A DNA stretch of 64,000 bases from a virus, in IMG/VR virus record IMGVR_UViG_3300045284_000279, positions 5,761-69,760 of that record; one strand, 5' to 3'. Positions 8,506-17,724 of this stretch are shown here, piece after piece. Each line of letters starts with the position of its first letter. Positions within the stretch are counted from its first letter, which is position 1. Under the pieces are notes generated by a model that saw only the letters and a program-made list of their open reading frames with translations, searched no databases and was not told the origin of the DNA. The translations under genes were made by a program, and so were the position numbers.

Positions 8506-9827
8506 TGGCTGCCATCCTCGACCGCACGTTGCCGCATTCGCTCGAAGCGGAGCGATTCGTGCTCGGCGCGCTGATGGTCTCGCAGAAGTTGTGGCACGCC
8601 GTCGCGGCAGAAGTCTCAGCGCAGGACTTCTTTCGCGACGCGCATCGCAAGGTCTTCGACTCGCTCGCGCGGCTCATCGAGAAGGGGAAGGTCATCGACT
8701 TGGTGACCGTGAAGAACGACCTCGGCGTGCGAGGCCTGCTCGACGAAGTCGGAGGGCCAGCTTATATCGCGTCCTTCGTCGACGGCATGCCGGCCTCGTC
8801 GAACGCAGTCGAGTATGCGCGGATCGTGAAGGACAACTCGCGACTGCGCGACTTGATCCACATCTCGAACAAGCTGATGGCCGCGGCCTACGACCGCGAA
8901 GATCAGGCACCGCAGTTGGCCGATGCCGCCCTGCGTGCACTGCAAGGGATCTCTGGCGCGGGTGCCGTCGATGCGCCGGTCCTGCTCAAGGACGCGGTGA
9001 AGAGCTACTGCGACACGCTCTCGGCTGGAGAACTACCTCCGCCAACTCCGACAGGCTACGTCGACCTCGACTCGTTGATCGGTGGTATCCATCCTGAGAC
9101 GCTCGTCATCGTCGCGGCCCGTCCGTCGGTCGGTAAAAGTTCGTTCGCTCTCGGCGTGTCGGATCAGATTGCGCGCTCAGGCGTGCCGGTCGGGTTCTTC
9201 TCGCTCGAGATGCGACAGGAAGATCTCTCGGCGCAGATCATCGCGTGGGAATCGGACGTGCCTGTGCAGACCGTCGCGCGAGGTCTAGCCGACGACGTCG
9301 AGCTGGCGGAGATCAGCGCAGCGTGGATGCGCATCGATCAGATTGCTGCGCCGCTGTACATGTTGGCGTCCGACGCGTCGCTCTCGCGGCTCTGGACGTG
9401 GGCGCGCAGGCTCAAGGAAGACTGCGGCGTGCGCGTGATCGTCGTGGACTATATGCAGCTGCTCATGCCCGATCAGCGGCACGCGTCGCAGGAGCAGGAA
9501 GTCGCTGCGCTCTCGCGCGGCCTGAAGAAGCTCGCCCGCGACCTGAAGGTAACCGTCGTAGCGCTGTCGCAGCTGTCGCGCGCGCCGGAGTCCCGCAACG
9601 ACAAGCGGCCGCACCTCTCGGACCTGCGGAGCAGCGGCTGTCTCGAACAGGATTGCGACCTCGCGTTGCTCTTGTTCAGGCAGGAGATGTACAAGCGGTC
9701 TGACGAGAACGAAGGCACCGGCGAAGTGATCGTGGCGAAAAATCGGACCGGGCCAGTCGGCACCGTGCGCCTCTGCTTCGACGCACGCTTTGCGAGGTTC
9801 AGGAACCTCGCCAAGGGGGACTTCTGA
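8505..9827 (+). CDS. dnaB: replicative DNA helicase DnaB
   Basis: PHSLEAE, AARPSVGKS (Walker A), FSLEM, VVDYMQL, LSQLSR, DLRSSG.LEQD, AKNRTGP. Confidence 0.95.
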   Translation: MAAILDRTLPHSLEAERFVLGALMVSQKLWHAVAAEVSAQDFFRDAHRKVFDSLARLIEKGKVIDLVTVKNDLGVRGLLDEVGGPAYIASFVDGMPASSNAVEYARIVKDNSRLRDLIHISNKLMAAAYDREDQAPQLADAALRALQGISGAGAVDAPVLLKDAVKSYCDTLSAGELPPPTPTGYVDLDSLIGGIHPETLVIVAARPSVGKSSFALGVSDQIARSGVPVGFFSLEMRQEDLSAQIIAWESDVPVQTVARGLADDVELAEISAAWMRIDQIAAPLYMLASDASLSRLWTWARRLKEDCGVRVIVVDYMQLLMPDQRHASQEQEVAALSRGLKKLARDLKVTVVALSQLSRAPESRNDKRPHLSDLRSSGCLEQDCDLALLLFRQEMYKRSDENEGTGEVIVAKNRTGPVGTVRLCFDARFARFRNLAKGDF

Positions 9828-10114
9828 TGCTGTTCTTCTACTCCGTCGTCCGCGCGGTAGGCTGGCGGCTCTCGGATTGGGCCGAGGCGAAGCTCGATCG
9901 CGGCAACCCTGCGCTCGACCTGCCGAAGTTGGCCAAGATGGCTGGTCCTGCGAAGCTGCCCCGCCAGACCGTGCCAGTGCCGGCAGGAGCGCCGGGCAGG
10001 TTGGCAGGTGGTAAGCCTGCCGCTCTGGCTGCTGCGTCAGCCTCCGGCCGGCCAGGGCAGCCGACCAGCCTGTTTTTCAGGGTCCGGCAACCGGACGTGA
10101 ACTGGGTGCTCTGA
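9827..10114 (+). CDS. hypothetical protein
   Basis: TGATG overlap with dnaB stop. Confidence 0.45.
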   Translation: MLFFYSVVRAVGWRLSDWAEAKLDRGNPALDLPKLAKMAGPAKLPRQTVPVPAGAPGRLAGGKPAALAAASASGRPGQPTSLFFRVRQPDVNWVL

Positions 10115-10117
10115 GGA

Positions 10118-10540
10118 ATGGTCTGCCGGTCCTGCGGCGTTGCCTACCATCAGCCCTGGGTCGGGTTCCTCGGCACGTGTCCGCAGTGTGAAGGTATCCC
10201 AGCGCCAGCGCTGATAACCGTTCCTGACGGCCGCAGTGATATTCCTGAGTGGATCGTTGTGAAGTCTTTCTCGGCCGACGCGACCGAGTGCCCGTCGCGC
10301 TTCAGGTTTGTGCTCACGGCGATCCAAGCGCGTGCGCTCAACATCAAAGTCGGTCTCGCGTTCCTGCTCGATGCGCAGGTCGCGCAGGCTTGCGTCGTGA
10401 CGGGCCTCGTCTGTCAGCCTGACAAGTTCATGATCAACGTCGAAGCTGTGCCAGCTGAATGGGCACCTGTGCCGGTTCCAGAAGCCCGGCGCCGTCGTGC
10501 GATCTCCGTAACGGGGTCGCTGAGAAGGGAAGGCAAGTGA
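10118..10540 (+). CDS. hypothetical Zn-ribbon protein
   Basis: CRSC...CPQC; stop overlaps ssb start. Confidence 0.5.
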   Translation: MVCRSCGVAYHQPWVGFLGTCPQCEGIPAPALITVPDGRSDIPEWIVVKSFSADATECPSRFRFVLTAIQARALNIKVGLAFLLDAQVAQACVVTGLVCQPDKFMINVEAVPAEWAPVPVPEARRRRAISVTGSLRREGK

Positions 10541-11016
10541 TGTCGTGGCAGCAGGTAGTGGTGTGCGGAAACCTCGGGCGAGACGCGGAGCTTCGCTATA
10601 CGAGTGGCGGTCAACCGATCTCGACGTTTTCGGTCGCGACTACCGAGCGGTGGAAGGACAAGAGCGGTCAGCGGCAGGAGCGGACCGAGTGGCACCGCAT
10701 CGTGCTGTGGGGCAAGGCCGCCGAGAGCTTGCAGGAATTCCTCGTGAAGGGGAAGCAGGTGCTCGTCAGCGGCACGTTGCAGACGCGCAAGTGGGAGAAA
10801 GACGGCGTCGAGCGATACACGACCGAGATCAAGGCGCGCGACGTCGTCCTGCTCGGCGGAGGCGGCGGAGGCGGAGGCGGCCGCAGGTCCAACCGCGGCG
10901 GTCACGTGTCGGACGAAGCGATGGGTGCCGAGATCGAAGGCGATCCAGTCGGCGGAGATCCAGTCGACGGCGATCCGATCGGTGGAGAGATCACCGACGA
11001 CGACATTCCGTTCTGA
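10540..11016 (+). CDS. ssb: single-stranded DNA-binding protein
   Basis: GNLGRDAELRYT, TEWHRIVLWG, KGKQV.V.G.LQTRKW, Gly-rich linker, DDDIPF tail. Confidence 0.95.
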   Translation: MSWQQVVVCGNLGRDAELRYTSGGQPISTFSVATTERWKDKSGQRQERTEWHRIVLWGKAAESLQEFLVKGKQVLVSGTLQTRKWEKDGVERYTTEIKARDVVLLGGGGGGGGGRRSNRGGHVSDEAMGAEIEGDPVGGDPVDGDPIGGEITDDDIPF

Positions 11017-11026
11017 GGAAAAGTCC

Positions 11027-11617
11027 ATGCGAGACCTGACGCTGGATCCTGCGATCGTCGCAACGAACGGAGTCGTGATCGGTCCACGCGGCTTGACCGT
11101 GACGCGCGAGCTCAGCGAGGAGGAGTGGCTCGGCGTCGGTCGCCTGATCACGCGACGCCTCTCGCAGGCGTCGTGGCTGGTCGGTGACTGGCTGGTCTAC
11201 GGAGGGAAGTTCAGCGGCGGTCGCTGGTCCAGCGGCATCGGGTCGTACGTCCTCGCGCAGGAAGTGACCGGCATGAGTCGGTCGCACCTGTCGAACTGCT
11301 ACCGCACGGCGGCGACGTTTCCGGCCGGCGAGTGGCTGCGCACGCTGTCGTGGGCCCATCACTGCCTGCTCGTCTGCGAACCTCCGGCACGCCAACGCGA
11401 GTTGATCTCACAGGCTGAGTCGAACGGCTGGACCTGCAACGACCTGCGGCAGCGTATCGTGCTGACGAGGGACCGCCCGCGTCCACGGCTGGTGAACAGG
11501 CCGAGCTACGTCTATGCCCGCACCCACGTGAAGTGTCCACACTGCGCGACAGTCTTTCAGGTGCAGGGAAACAAGTGCTCACCGCCTGCCGCGGTGCCTG
11601 AAGCTGCTTCAGCGTGA
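11027..11617 (+). CDS. LmbU-like DNA-binding protein with C-terminal Zn ribbon
   Basis: GL.....LS.EEW..VG..I......SW.VGDWLVYG...LSWAHH...AE..GWT..DLR; C-terminal CPHC. Confidence 0.7.
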   Translation: MRDLTLDPAIVATNGVVIGPRGLTVTRELSEEEWLGVGRLITRRLSQASWLVGDWLVYGGKFSGGRWSSGIGSYVLAQEVTGMSRSHLSNCYRTAATFPAGEWLRTLSWAHHCLLVCEPPARQRELISQAESNGWTCNDLRQRIVLTRDRPRPRLVNRPSYVYARTHVKCPHCATVFQVQGNKCSPPAAVPEAASA

Positions 11618-11789
11618 AAGGATCTTGCTGCATGGAATACCCAGGTGACGCGCGCTACGCCGCAGAAGCGCACCGAGCTAGAGTCGAAACAGTGGTCAAG
11701 TCTTGCTCTTGCGAAGCGATGCACATGCACCCTGAGTCGAGCGACGAACTGGCGCTGCGACTCGGACCTTCTCGAATGGAGATGTTCAA

Positions 11790-12209
11790 ATGAAGTACGG
11801 CGTGCTGCTCATCGTGCTGGCCGGTGTGATCGCGCACGGCCAACCTTCGATGGCTCCGGCTCCTTCAGCTCTTGCTGGTTCACGTTGGTGTGAGGAATAC
11901 GCCGACGGCCACTTGACTGGCGGCAGGTTCCCAGCCGATAGCTCAGGCGTCTGTGTGCATGCCAGCGTGCCGGCGGTTGCATCGAGGCCTCCGAGCGATG
12001 CTGTTGGCATTCGCATGTGGGAAGTCGCACGCCTAGATGCGCAGGTCATCGCGCCTGGATGGACCATTCCGGATACTACGCCGAGCATACTCAGCGTCGT
12101 CGAGACGCGCGACACCTGCGTCTACGTCCTGCGGAGCATCGCTAATCAATCCGTGCATGCGATCGCGCGCAGGGTTCCAGGCCGATCGCGACGACTCTCA
12201 TGTCAATGA
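11790..12209 (+). CDS. hypothetical protein with signal peptide
   Basis: GGAGA RBS; MKYGVLLIVLAGVIAHG hydrophobic N-terminus. Confidence 0.45.
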   Translation: MKYGVLLIVLAGVIAHGQPSMAPAPSALAGSRWCEEYADGHLTGGRFPADSSGVCVHASVPAVASRPPSDAVGIRMWEVARLDAQVIAPGWTIPDTTPSILSVVETRDTCVYVLRSIANQSVHAIARRVPGRSRRLSCQ

Positions 12210-12219
12210 GGTGACGGCA

Positions 12220-12576
12220 GTGAACAAGTGGCTCTACGTACGAATCTCGTCTCCTGAAGAAGGCGGCGGTCGTCCTGTCTTCACGCACCTCTTCGTCGAA
12301 GCCGAGACCGACCTCGATGCCTACGACGTCGGACATCGCAGGATGCCTGGGCAGGTCTACAACGACTACGTCGTGCCGCTGCAGCCTGACTACGGCACCG
12401 ACTTCAGGCCTACCCGCTACCGCAAGCGCGTGACCATCGCTGAGCGCACGCAGGTTTGGGTGGAAGTCGGACCGACGACCGACATCCCGAGTATCCTCGA
12501 CGAGGTGTGGCGCATAGTGAAGGGCGCACCGGACGTGGAGATCCTCGACCCGACTCCGATCAGGATGCTGCCGTGA
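12220..12576 (+). CDS. hypothetical protein
   Basis: GTG after GAGGTG; coding-like composition. Confidence 0.5.
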   Translation: MNKWLYVRISSPEEGGGRPVFTHLFVEAETDLDAYDVGHRRMPGQVYNDYVVPLQPDYGTDFRPTRYRKRVTIAERTQVWVEVGPTTDIPSILDEVWRIVKGAPDVEILDPTPIRMLP

Positions 12577-12670
12577 GCGTTGCTGGCAGCGTCGACGCCG
12601 GGCCTGCGATCTTCGACGAGACTCGAAGGCAGTGGACGGCCGCCTACTGGAAGCGGAAACGGGAGGACAG

Positions 12671-12877
12671 GTGACGAAGCAGTTCTGCGACCGCGCGTGC
12701 TGTGGCCGCGAGATCACCAACCGCAGTTCAGCGTCTATACACGTCATTGGCGATGCTGACGCAGGCGGGAACGGCACCGTTACGACGACGTGGGATCTCT
12801 GTCAGAAGTGTTTGGAGTCGCTGGAAGCGTGGGTCGAGTCTGCATCGGCGCCACGAAGACGACGTAAGGGTGCTTGA
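12671..12877 (+). CDS. small Zn-finger protein
   Basis: GGAGG RBS; FCDR.CC...DLCQKC. Confidence 0.5.
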   Translation: MTKQFCDRACCGREITNRSSASIHVIGDADAGGNGTVTTTWDLCQKCLESLEAWVESASAPRRRRKGA

Positions 12878-12878
12878 G

Positions 12879-13070
12879 ATGATGAGCATCGTGCCGACGC
12901 AGGTCACCATGATCCGTAGCTACCTGGCACGCGCTTGTGGCATCGAGCGCTGCGCGTACTGCGGGAAGCGTGGCCTCATCGAACGACTCGAAGGGCGCGT
13001 CCTTCATCGAGAGCGATGTTGGGCATCGTGGACGACCGTTCAGCGCAGGAAGCAGCTTAACCCGAGATGA
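12879..13070 (+). CDS. small Cys/His protein
   Basis: CAYCGK...H..C; ATGA overlap with next gene. Confidence 0.4.
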   Translation: MMSIVPTQVTMIRSYLARACGIERCAYCGKRGLIERLEGRVLHRERCWASWTTVQRRKQLNPR

Positions 13071-13357
13071 GCTACACCACGGCGTCCTTCGCTGTTGGCG
13101 ACCGCGTATTAGTCCTGAATGCCTTCCGCTTGCCGGCGATTGAAGAAGTCCGGCATGTTGGCATCGTGCAGCGAATAGACGTGCGCGGGCCTTCCTTGCC
13201 AGATCTGTACTGGGTATCTGGGCTCGCGGTTGCTCGAACGGCACACGTACTACGGCGTGACGACGCGCACCTTCGAGTGTCAGGCGCACCACGAACCTTG
13301 GCCGAGCGATATGCCGCAGAGGACGAAGAAAATCAGGCTGAGGAGCGATACGAATGA
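13067..13357 (+). CDS. hypothetical protein (SH3/KOW-like)
   Basis: FAVGDRV...G.V..I; overlaps on both sides. Confidence 0.45.
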   Translation: MSYTTASFAVGDRVLVLNAFRLPAIEEVRHVGIVQRIDVRGPSLPDLYWVSGLAVARTAHVLRRDDAHLRVSGAPRTLAERYAAEDEENQAEERYE

Positions 13358-13761
13358 GTCCTGATACCCCGGCACCCTCGCGCACCCCCGAACAGATCGC
13401 CGTCGACCCGATGAGCGCCAAGCTGATCGCGCGACTCCGCGAACAGGCCGAGACGCTGGAGCGTGCGCCTGTTCACGACGACATGGGCCTGAGCCTGTGC
13501 CACACGCAGACGTGCGACCTTCTGCGCGCAGCCGCCGAGGTCTTGTCGCGTCTCGCCCTCGCCGAGCGGGGGGAGGGGTGGCGGCCAATCGAGACAGCGC
13601 CGAAGGATGGCACGCGCGTGCTCGGGACAGGTAATCGTGACGGCACGCCTTGGAAGATCGTCATCCGCCAACTCGATCGATTGGACGGCTGGTATTCCGA
13701 TCCGGGCAAACATCACGTCCAGCCGACGCACTGGATGCCCTTGCCCCCGTCTCCCGCCTAG
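13354..13761 (+). CDS. phage protein with DUF551-like C-terminal domain
   Basis: WRPIETAPKDGT...PTHWMPLPP. Confidence 0.7.
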   Translation: MSPDTPAPSRTPEQIAVDPMSAKLIARLREQAETLERAPVHDDMGLSLCHTQTCDLLRAAAEVLSRLALAERGEGWRPIETAPKDGTRVLGTGNRDGTPWKIVIRQLDRLDGWYSDPGKHHVQPTHWMPLPPSPA

Positions 13762-13776
13762 GGGAGTGGCGCGTAG

Positions 13777-14004
13777 ATGGCGAACAGCGGCAGGATTCCA
13801 GCCGGAGAGGGCCTTTCGTGGCCTGAGTGCCGCGTGGTGCGAACAGGCGTCAGCCCGATGAACCCGAAGGTGAAGTGGGCGGAGCTATCGTGCGGGCATG
13901 ACGTCTATCGCAGCCGGCGGCCACGCATCGGCGCCACCGTTGTCTGCGAAAAGTGCTCAGCATCCGGACGTGGTGAGGCTCGCTCTCAGGGGGCCCAGGA
14001 GTAA
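13777..14004 (+). CDS. small Zn-binding protein
   Basis: GGAG RBS; LSCGH...CEKC. Confidence 0.5.
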   Translation: MANSGRIPAGEGLSWPECRVVRTGVSPMNPKVKWAELSCGHDVYRSRRPRIGATVVCEKCSASGRGEARSQGAQE

Positions 14005-14010
14005 CCCGAG

Positions 14011-14316
14011 ATGAACGGAAGCGAATTGATCGCCGAGAAGGCGCGGACGAACCGCGAGCACAAGGGCTATACGCCCGAGCACGACGACACCCACGACAAG
14101 GGGGAGCTGGTGGAGGCCGCCATCGCCTACGCGACGGTCGCCCGCACGCAGCAGATCATCGGGGATACCGAGCTGGCGAAGGCGGTCCCCGACTGCTGGC
14201 CGTTCGAGATGGCAGCGTGGAAGCCGTCCGACGATCCGATCCGAAATCTGGTCCACGCGGGTGCGCTCATCGCGGCGGAAATCGACCGACTGCAACGTCT
14301 GGCGGTGCGCCGATGA
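14011..14316 (+). CDS. conserved phage protein
   Basis: GYTPEHDD.H..GEL..AA..YA...WP.....WKP....RNLV.AGALIAAEIDRL, a widespread phage accessory domain. Confidence 0.7.
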   Translation: MNGSELIAEKARTNREHKGYTPEHDDTHDKGELVEAAIAYATVARTQQIIGDTELAKAVPDCWPFEMAAWKPSDDPIRNLVHAGALIAAEIDRLQRLAVRR

Positions 14317-14588
14317 CCGATCCGATCCCGCCCTCGCGCGCCGAACAGATCGCCGCCGAGCGAGCCGTCATGGATGCGGCCGAAGCCCTCGCGAAAGCCG
14401 AAGCGAGGTACGCGCCGATGCGAGGGCCGCATGAGGGTTACGCCGTGATCCTTGAAGAATTGGACGAGTTGTGGGCCGAGGTAAAGCGCTGGCCTAAGCA
14501 CGATCCGGCGGACATGCGGAAGGAAGCGCTGCACGTCGCAGCAATGGCGCTCCGGTTCATCAAGGACGTGTGTGATGCTCACGAATAA
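14313..14588 (+). CDS. MazG-like NTP pyrophosphohydrolase
   Basis: HEGYAVILEELDELW.EVK...KEALHVAAMALRF. Confidence 0.65.
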   Translation: MTDPIPPSRAEQIAAERAVMDAAEALAKAEARYAPMRGPHEGYAVILEELDELWAEVKRWPKHDPADMRKEALHVAAMALRFIKDVCDAHE

Positions 14589-15576
14589 AGCCCGCGCTGA
14601 TGCGTTCGCGGCGCAAGTCTCGACGTCTGGGCGCGTGAACGAAGACCTGTATCTCGGAAAGGTCTGCTACGGAAGCGTGACCGCCATCGTGCGCGCGGCC
14701 TACCTCGCGGGCTTGGAAGAAGCTGCCGCCCTGCTGCGATCCTCCCCGCCTCCCTCCTCACCAGATGACGGGGCGTTGAAGGCCGTGCTGGCGACATTCC
14801 GCTGCGCCTCCTGCGGCACGGCGTCGCACCAACCGAACGAGCGATGCGAGAACCACCAGCCTGACGTGACGGCGCTCGTGAACCGGCTCGGCACGGAGTT
14901 GTCGATGCACGCCGCATGGCGCAAGCGCGCAGAGGAAGCAGAAGCACGGGAAGCAGTCTCCCCGTCTCCCTCTTGGCGGGAGTCGGTCCGGGCAGAGATC
15001 GAGGGGTTGCGGCGTCCGAGGCTCGCAACAGTCGTGACGCTGACGTGGAACGAGGCCCTCGATGCCGTCCTCTCGCGGCTCGCGGCCCAGCCCGCCGGGA
15101 CGCGGAGAGAACCGTCTAGTGCCGACTGGAAAGAAGACTGCCTGAAGTATCGCGGTGTCGTCCTGATCGGAAAATACGCCCATTGGTGCGCTGAGTGGGA
15201 CGGTCTGCCGATTGACGAGCACATGCCGGAATGGCCGTGCGGCTGCTACCCAGAAGCGGCCCAGCCCGCAGGGACGCCGGTCTATTACGCGGAGGCGTTA
15301 GACCTCGCCGCAGACGAGTTGGCGAAGCTCGCGCCGGAGAAGGTTCCAGAGCGAGCGCCAAAGATCATCGCCATCATGCGGAATGCCGCGCACGCGATGA
15401 AGGCCCAGCCCGCCCCCGAGGATGACCGGGCACGGCTGCTGGATTTACGAGAACGATTATGGAGTGCGAGTCGTCATCCTGTATGGATGCGACGAACAAC
15501 CGCGTTGCGGGTATTTGATGAATGGCTGGCCGAAATGGACGCGGCGCTCGCCTCCCCTCCGAAGGAGAACACGTGA
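14575..15576 (+). CDS. mosaic accessory protein with AAQPA(GT) linker repeats
   Basis: several small domains joined by repeated linkers. Confidence 0.55.
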   Translation: MLTNKARADAFAAQVSTSGRVNEDLYLGKVCYGSVTAIVRAAYLAGLEEAAALLRSSPPPSSPDDGALKAVLATFRCASCGTASHQPNERCENHQPDVTALVNRLGTELSMHAAWRKRAEEAEAREAVSPSPSWRESVRAEIEGLRRPRLATVVTLTWNEALDAVLSRLAAQPAGTRREPSSADWKEDCLKYRGVVLIGKYAHWCAEWDGLPIDEHMPEWPCGCYPEAAQPAGTPVYYAEALDLAADELAKLAPEKVPERAPKIIAIMRNAAHAMKAQPAPEDDRARLLDLRERLWSASRHPVWMRRTTALRVFDEWLAEMDAALASPPKENT

Positions 15577-16097
15577 CCGAGCATGTGCATTGCGTTTGTC
15601 AGTGCTGCCGGTGCGGCGCATTGGATCTGACCCCACCCGCGTCTCGGCTCGCCGCGCCAGCCGCCGACCCGGACATGCGGCCCTGCAACTGCGCGGACCC
15701 CGAGAACTGCCGGGAGCCTGTGCCGGGACGCCTCTGCCGCCGCGGTTCTGCCGTCTCAGCCCCCGAGGGAGGACGGCTGCCTGTCTCTACTGACGAACGC
15801 GAACAGCTCCATCGACTTCTGCAAGCGTGCGATGCCCTGATTGATTCGGAAGAACATCCAGAGCTACACGCGGCCATCTTCGCCGTCCTCGGGAAGTGCG
15901 ACGGTGCTTGCGTGCCTCCGCCGCTCGTGCCGCTTCTCGCGCTCGCGGTCGAATGTGCGCGAGTACAACTGAAGACTGGTCATTGGGTCTGGACGCGCAC
16001 GACGGTGAATGGTCCGCCTCAGTGCTGCAGCTGCCGCGTCTGCACGAAGGTCCGCGCGGCGTTCCAAACACAGGCTGACTATGAGGCGTTGCTATGA
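15573..16097 (+). CDS. Cys-rich hypothetical protein
   Basis: GTGA overlap, AGGAG RBS; multiple CxC/CxxC. Confidence 0.5.
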   Translation: MTEHVHCVCQCCRCGALDLTPPASRLAAPAADPDMRPCNCADPENCREPVPGRLCRRGSAVSAPEGGRLPVSTDEREQLHRLLQACDALIDSEEHPELHAAIFAVLGKCDGACVPPPLVPLLALAVECARVQLKTGHWVWTRTTVNGPPQCCSCRVCTKVRAAFQTQADYEALL

Positions 16098-16645
16098 ACG
16101 ACTGGTGGTCGAAGCAGGAGTGGCCGTGCGTCTGCCAAGGGACCGATCCGTGGATCCACTCGCACTACGACTACAACCAGCACCCGTGTGCGCGCTGCGA
16201 ATGCGCTGGCTATCGACCTCGCATTCCAGAGGCCGTCGGTATTCGCATCCTGCTCGGACCGGAGATGACGAACGAGCAGGCTGCGACGATCTTGCTTGGT
16301 CCTGAGCCTATGCGACCTGTGCAGCCGCCGGAAGACTTCAGGAACGAATACGAGCGGTACTGCCGCGAGGCCTGCGGCGCGAAGCCGGGCGCCCAGCTCC
16401 TGTGTGCGGACTGCCTGCACAATCGCGACCTCGTTGAGCGGCTGAAAGCGACTCAGGCGAGGAAGCTGACTGAGGTCTATCAGGTCATAGGATGGGATTC
16501 GATGGCTAGCAGTTGGGGCGATACCTATCTCGATAAGGTGTTCTGGACGATGGAGAAAGCCCTGCAGCGCTGCATCGAGTTAAACGTGAATGCCCCACTT
16601 CACCAACCGCGTGCGCACGTCAGGACTGTCGTCGTCGAGGATTGA
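16094..16645 (+). CDS. Cys-rich hypothetical protein
   Basis: ATGA overlap; C.C...H...C..C.C..Y pattern. Confidence 0.5.
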   Translation: MNDWWSKQEWPCVCQGTDPWIHSHYDYNQHPCARCECAGYRPRIPEAVGIRILLGPEMTNEQAATILLGPEPMRPVQPPEDFRNEYERYCREACGAKPGAQLLCADCLHNRDLVERLKATQARKLTEVYQVIGWDSMASSWGDTYLDKVFWTMEKALQRCIELNVNAPLHQPRAHVRTVVVED

Positions 16646-16891
16646 ATGCTGAACGGCATCCGCATCATCGAGAGTGTCTACCTCGTCGAAGATGCCGAAG
16701 TCTGGGTGCCGCTCGGCCGTAGCGGCTGGAAGACTCCACGCGTCGTGCAGGTGCCGAGCCGCAAGGCCGTTGCGCTTGACTCCCACATGCTGGTGATGCA
16801 TCCCGTCGCAGTCGCTGAACTACGCAGGCTGTCTGAAGGGAAGCAGCTGATCGCTTCCTTCAAGCTTCCACCTCAGGAGAGTCTTCGATGA
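16646..16891 (+). CDS. hypothetical protein
   Basis: abuts neighbours; G.RIIES..L...VMHP. Confidence 0.5.
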   Translation: MLNGIRIIESVYLVEDAEVWVPLGRSGWKTPRVVQVPSRKAVALDSHMLVMHPVAVAELRRLSEGKQLIASFKLPPQESLR

Positions 16892-17160
16892 AGCTGCTGT
16901 TCTGTCCAGTCTGCGGCGACGTCGTGAAGTTGACGCACCAATTCCGATCGTGCCAGTGTCGTGCCTGCCAGGGTCGCTACGTCTCAGATGATGTCGTCGC
17001 GGTAACTGGAGACTGCGCAGAAGTCATCGGGCTTGACTCAGGCGGAGTCCACGCTGCACTTGCGCTCGTCGACTCGAATGACCGCAGAGGCCCAGACATC
17101 GCCGCGTGGATGTTTCAGCACGGTTCCGATCGCATCCAGCGGTTAGGTAAACTTCGATGA
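16888..17160 (+). CDS. small Zn-finger protein
   Basis: MKLLFCPVCGDVV.L.....C.C. Confidence 0.55.
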   Translation: MKLLFCPVCGDVVKLTHQFRSCQCRACQGRYVSDDVVAVTGDCAEVIGLDSGGVHAALALVDSNDRRGPDIAAWMFQHGSDRIQRLGKLR

Positions 17161-17723
17161 CCGAGAAAGACTCGGATGGTTTCGTGCTCTGCCACCACGG
17201 CCGACCGATTCGCTGTCTTGAATGCGGAGCCGACTACGAACGCGAGCTCGCCGACGCCGGGCAGAGGGTTGCGCAGCGAACGCGACGCGTGCCGCTCAGC
17301 TGCGCGGACATCGACGGGCAGACGTGGCACAAGGACGGCGAGGTCTGTACGGCCTGCGGCTTCGGGCAGTCCGTCGCGGAAGGCGTCCGCTGGCTGGTCG
17401 TGCGGAAGCGCGAGGCCGATACACCCGAGGTCTATCCGTTCGCGGACGAAGCGACAGCGAAGACCTTCTACGACCGCGCGCAACAGCAGTGGTCGGACTG
17501 CTACCTCACCCTCGTCGTGCGACACGGCATGCGGCCTGCGCGTCCGATCGTTCCTGACGACTTCGTGGCATTGGCCAACCTGAGCCTGCGCCTCTGCGAA
17601 GAGTCTGCGCAGCATCCTGCCGCCAGCGCGACGCGTGCTACCTTGATGGCTGAGTCTGACCTCGTCGAACGACTCATGTCGGCCATCATCGATCGGACGA
17701 GACCCCAGGGGGAGACCAAGTGA
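17157..17723 (+). CDS. hypothetical protein
   Basis: ATGA overlap; Cys motifs. Confidence 0.5.
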   Translation: MTEKDSDGFVLCHHGRPIRCLECGADYERELADAGQRVAQRTRRVPLSCADIDGQTWHKDGEVCTACGFGQSVAEGVRWLVVRKREADTPEVYPFADEATAKTFYDRAQQQWSDCYLTLVVRHGMRPARPIVPDDFVALANLSLRLCEESAQHPAASATRATLMAESDLVERLMSAIIDRTRPQGETK

Positions 17724-17724
17724 C

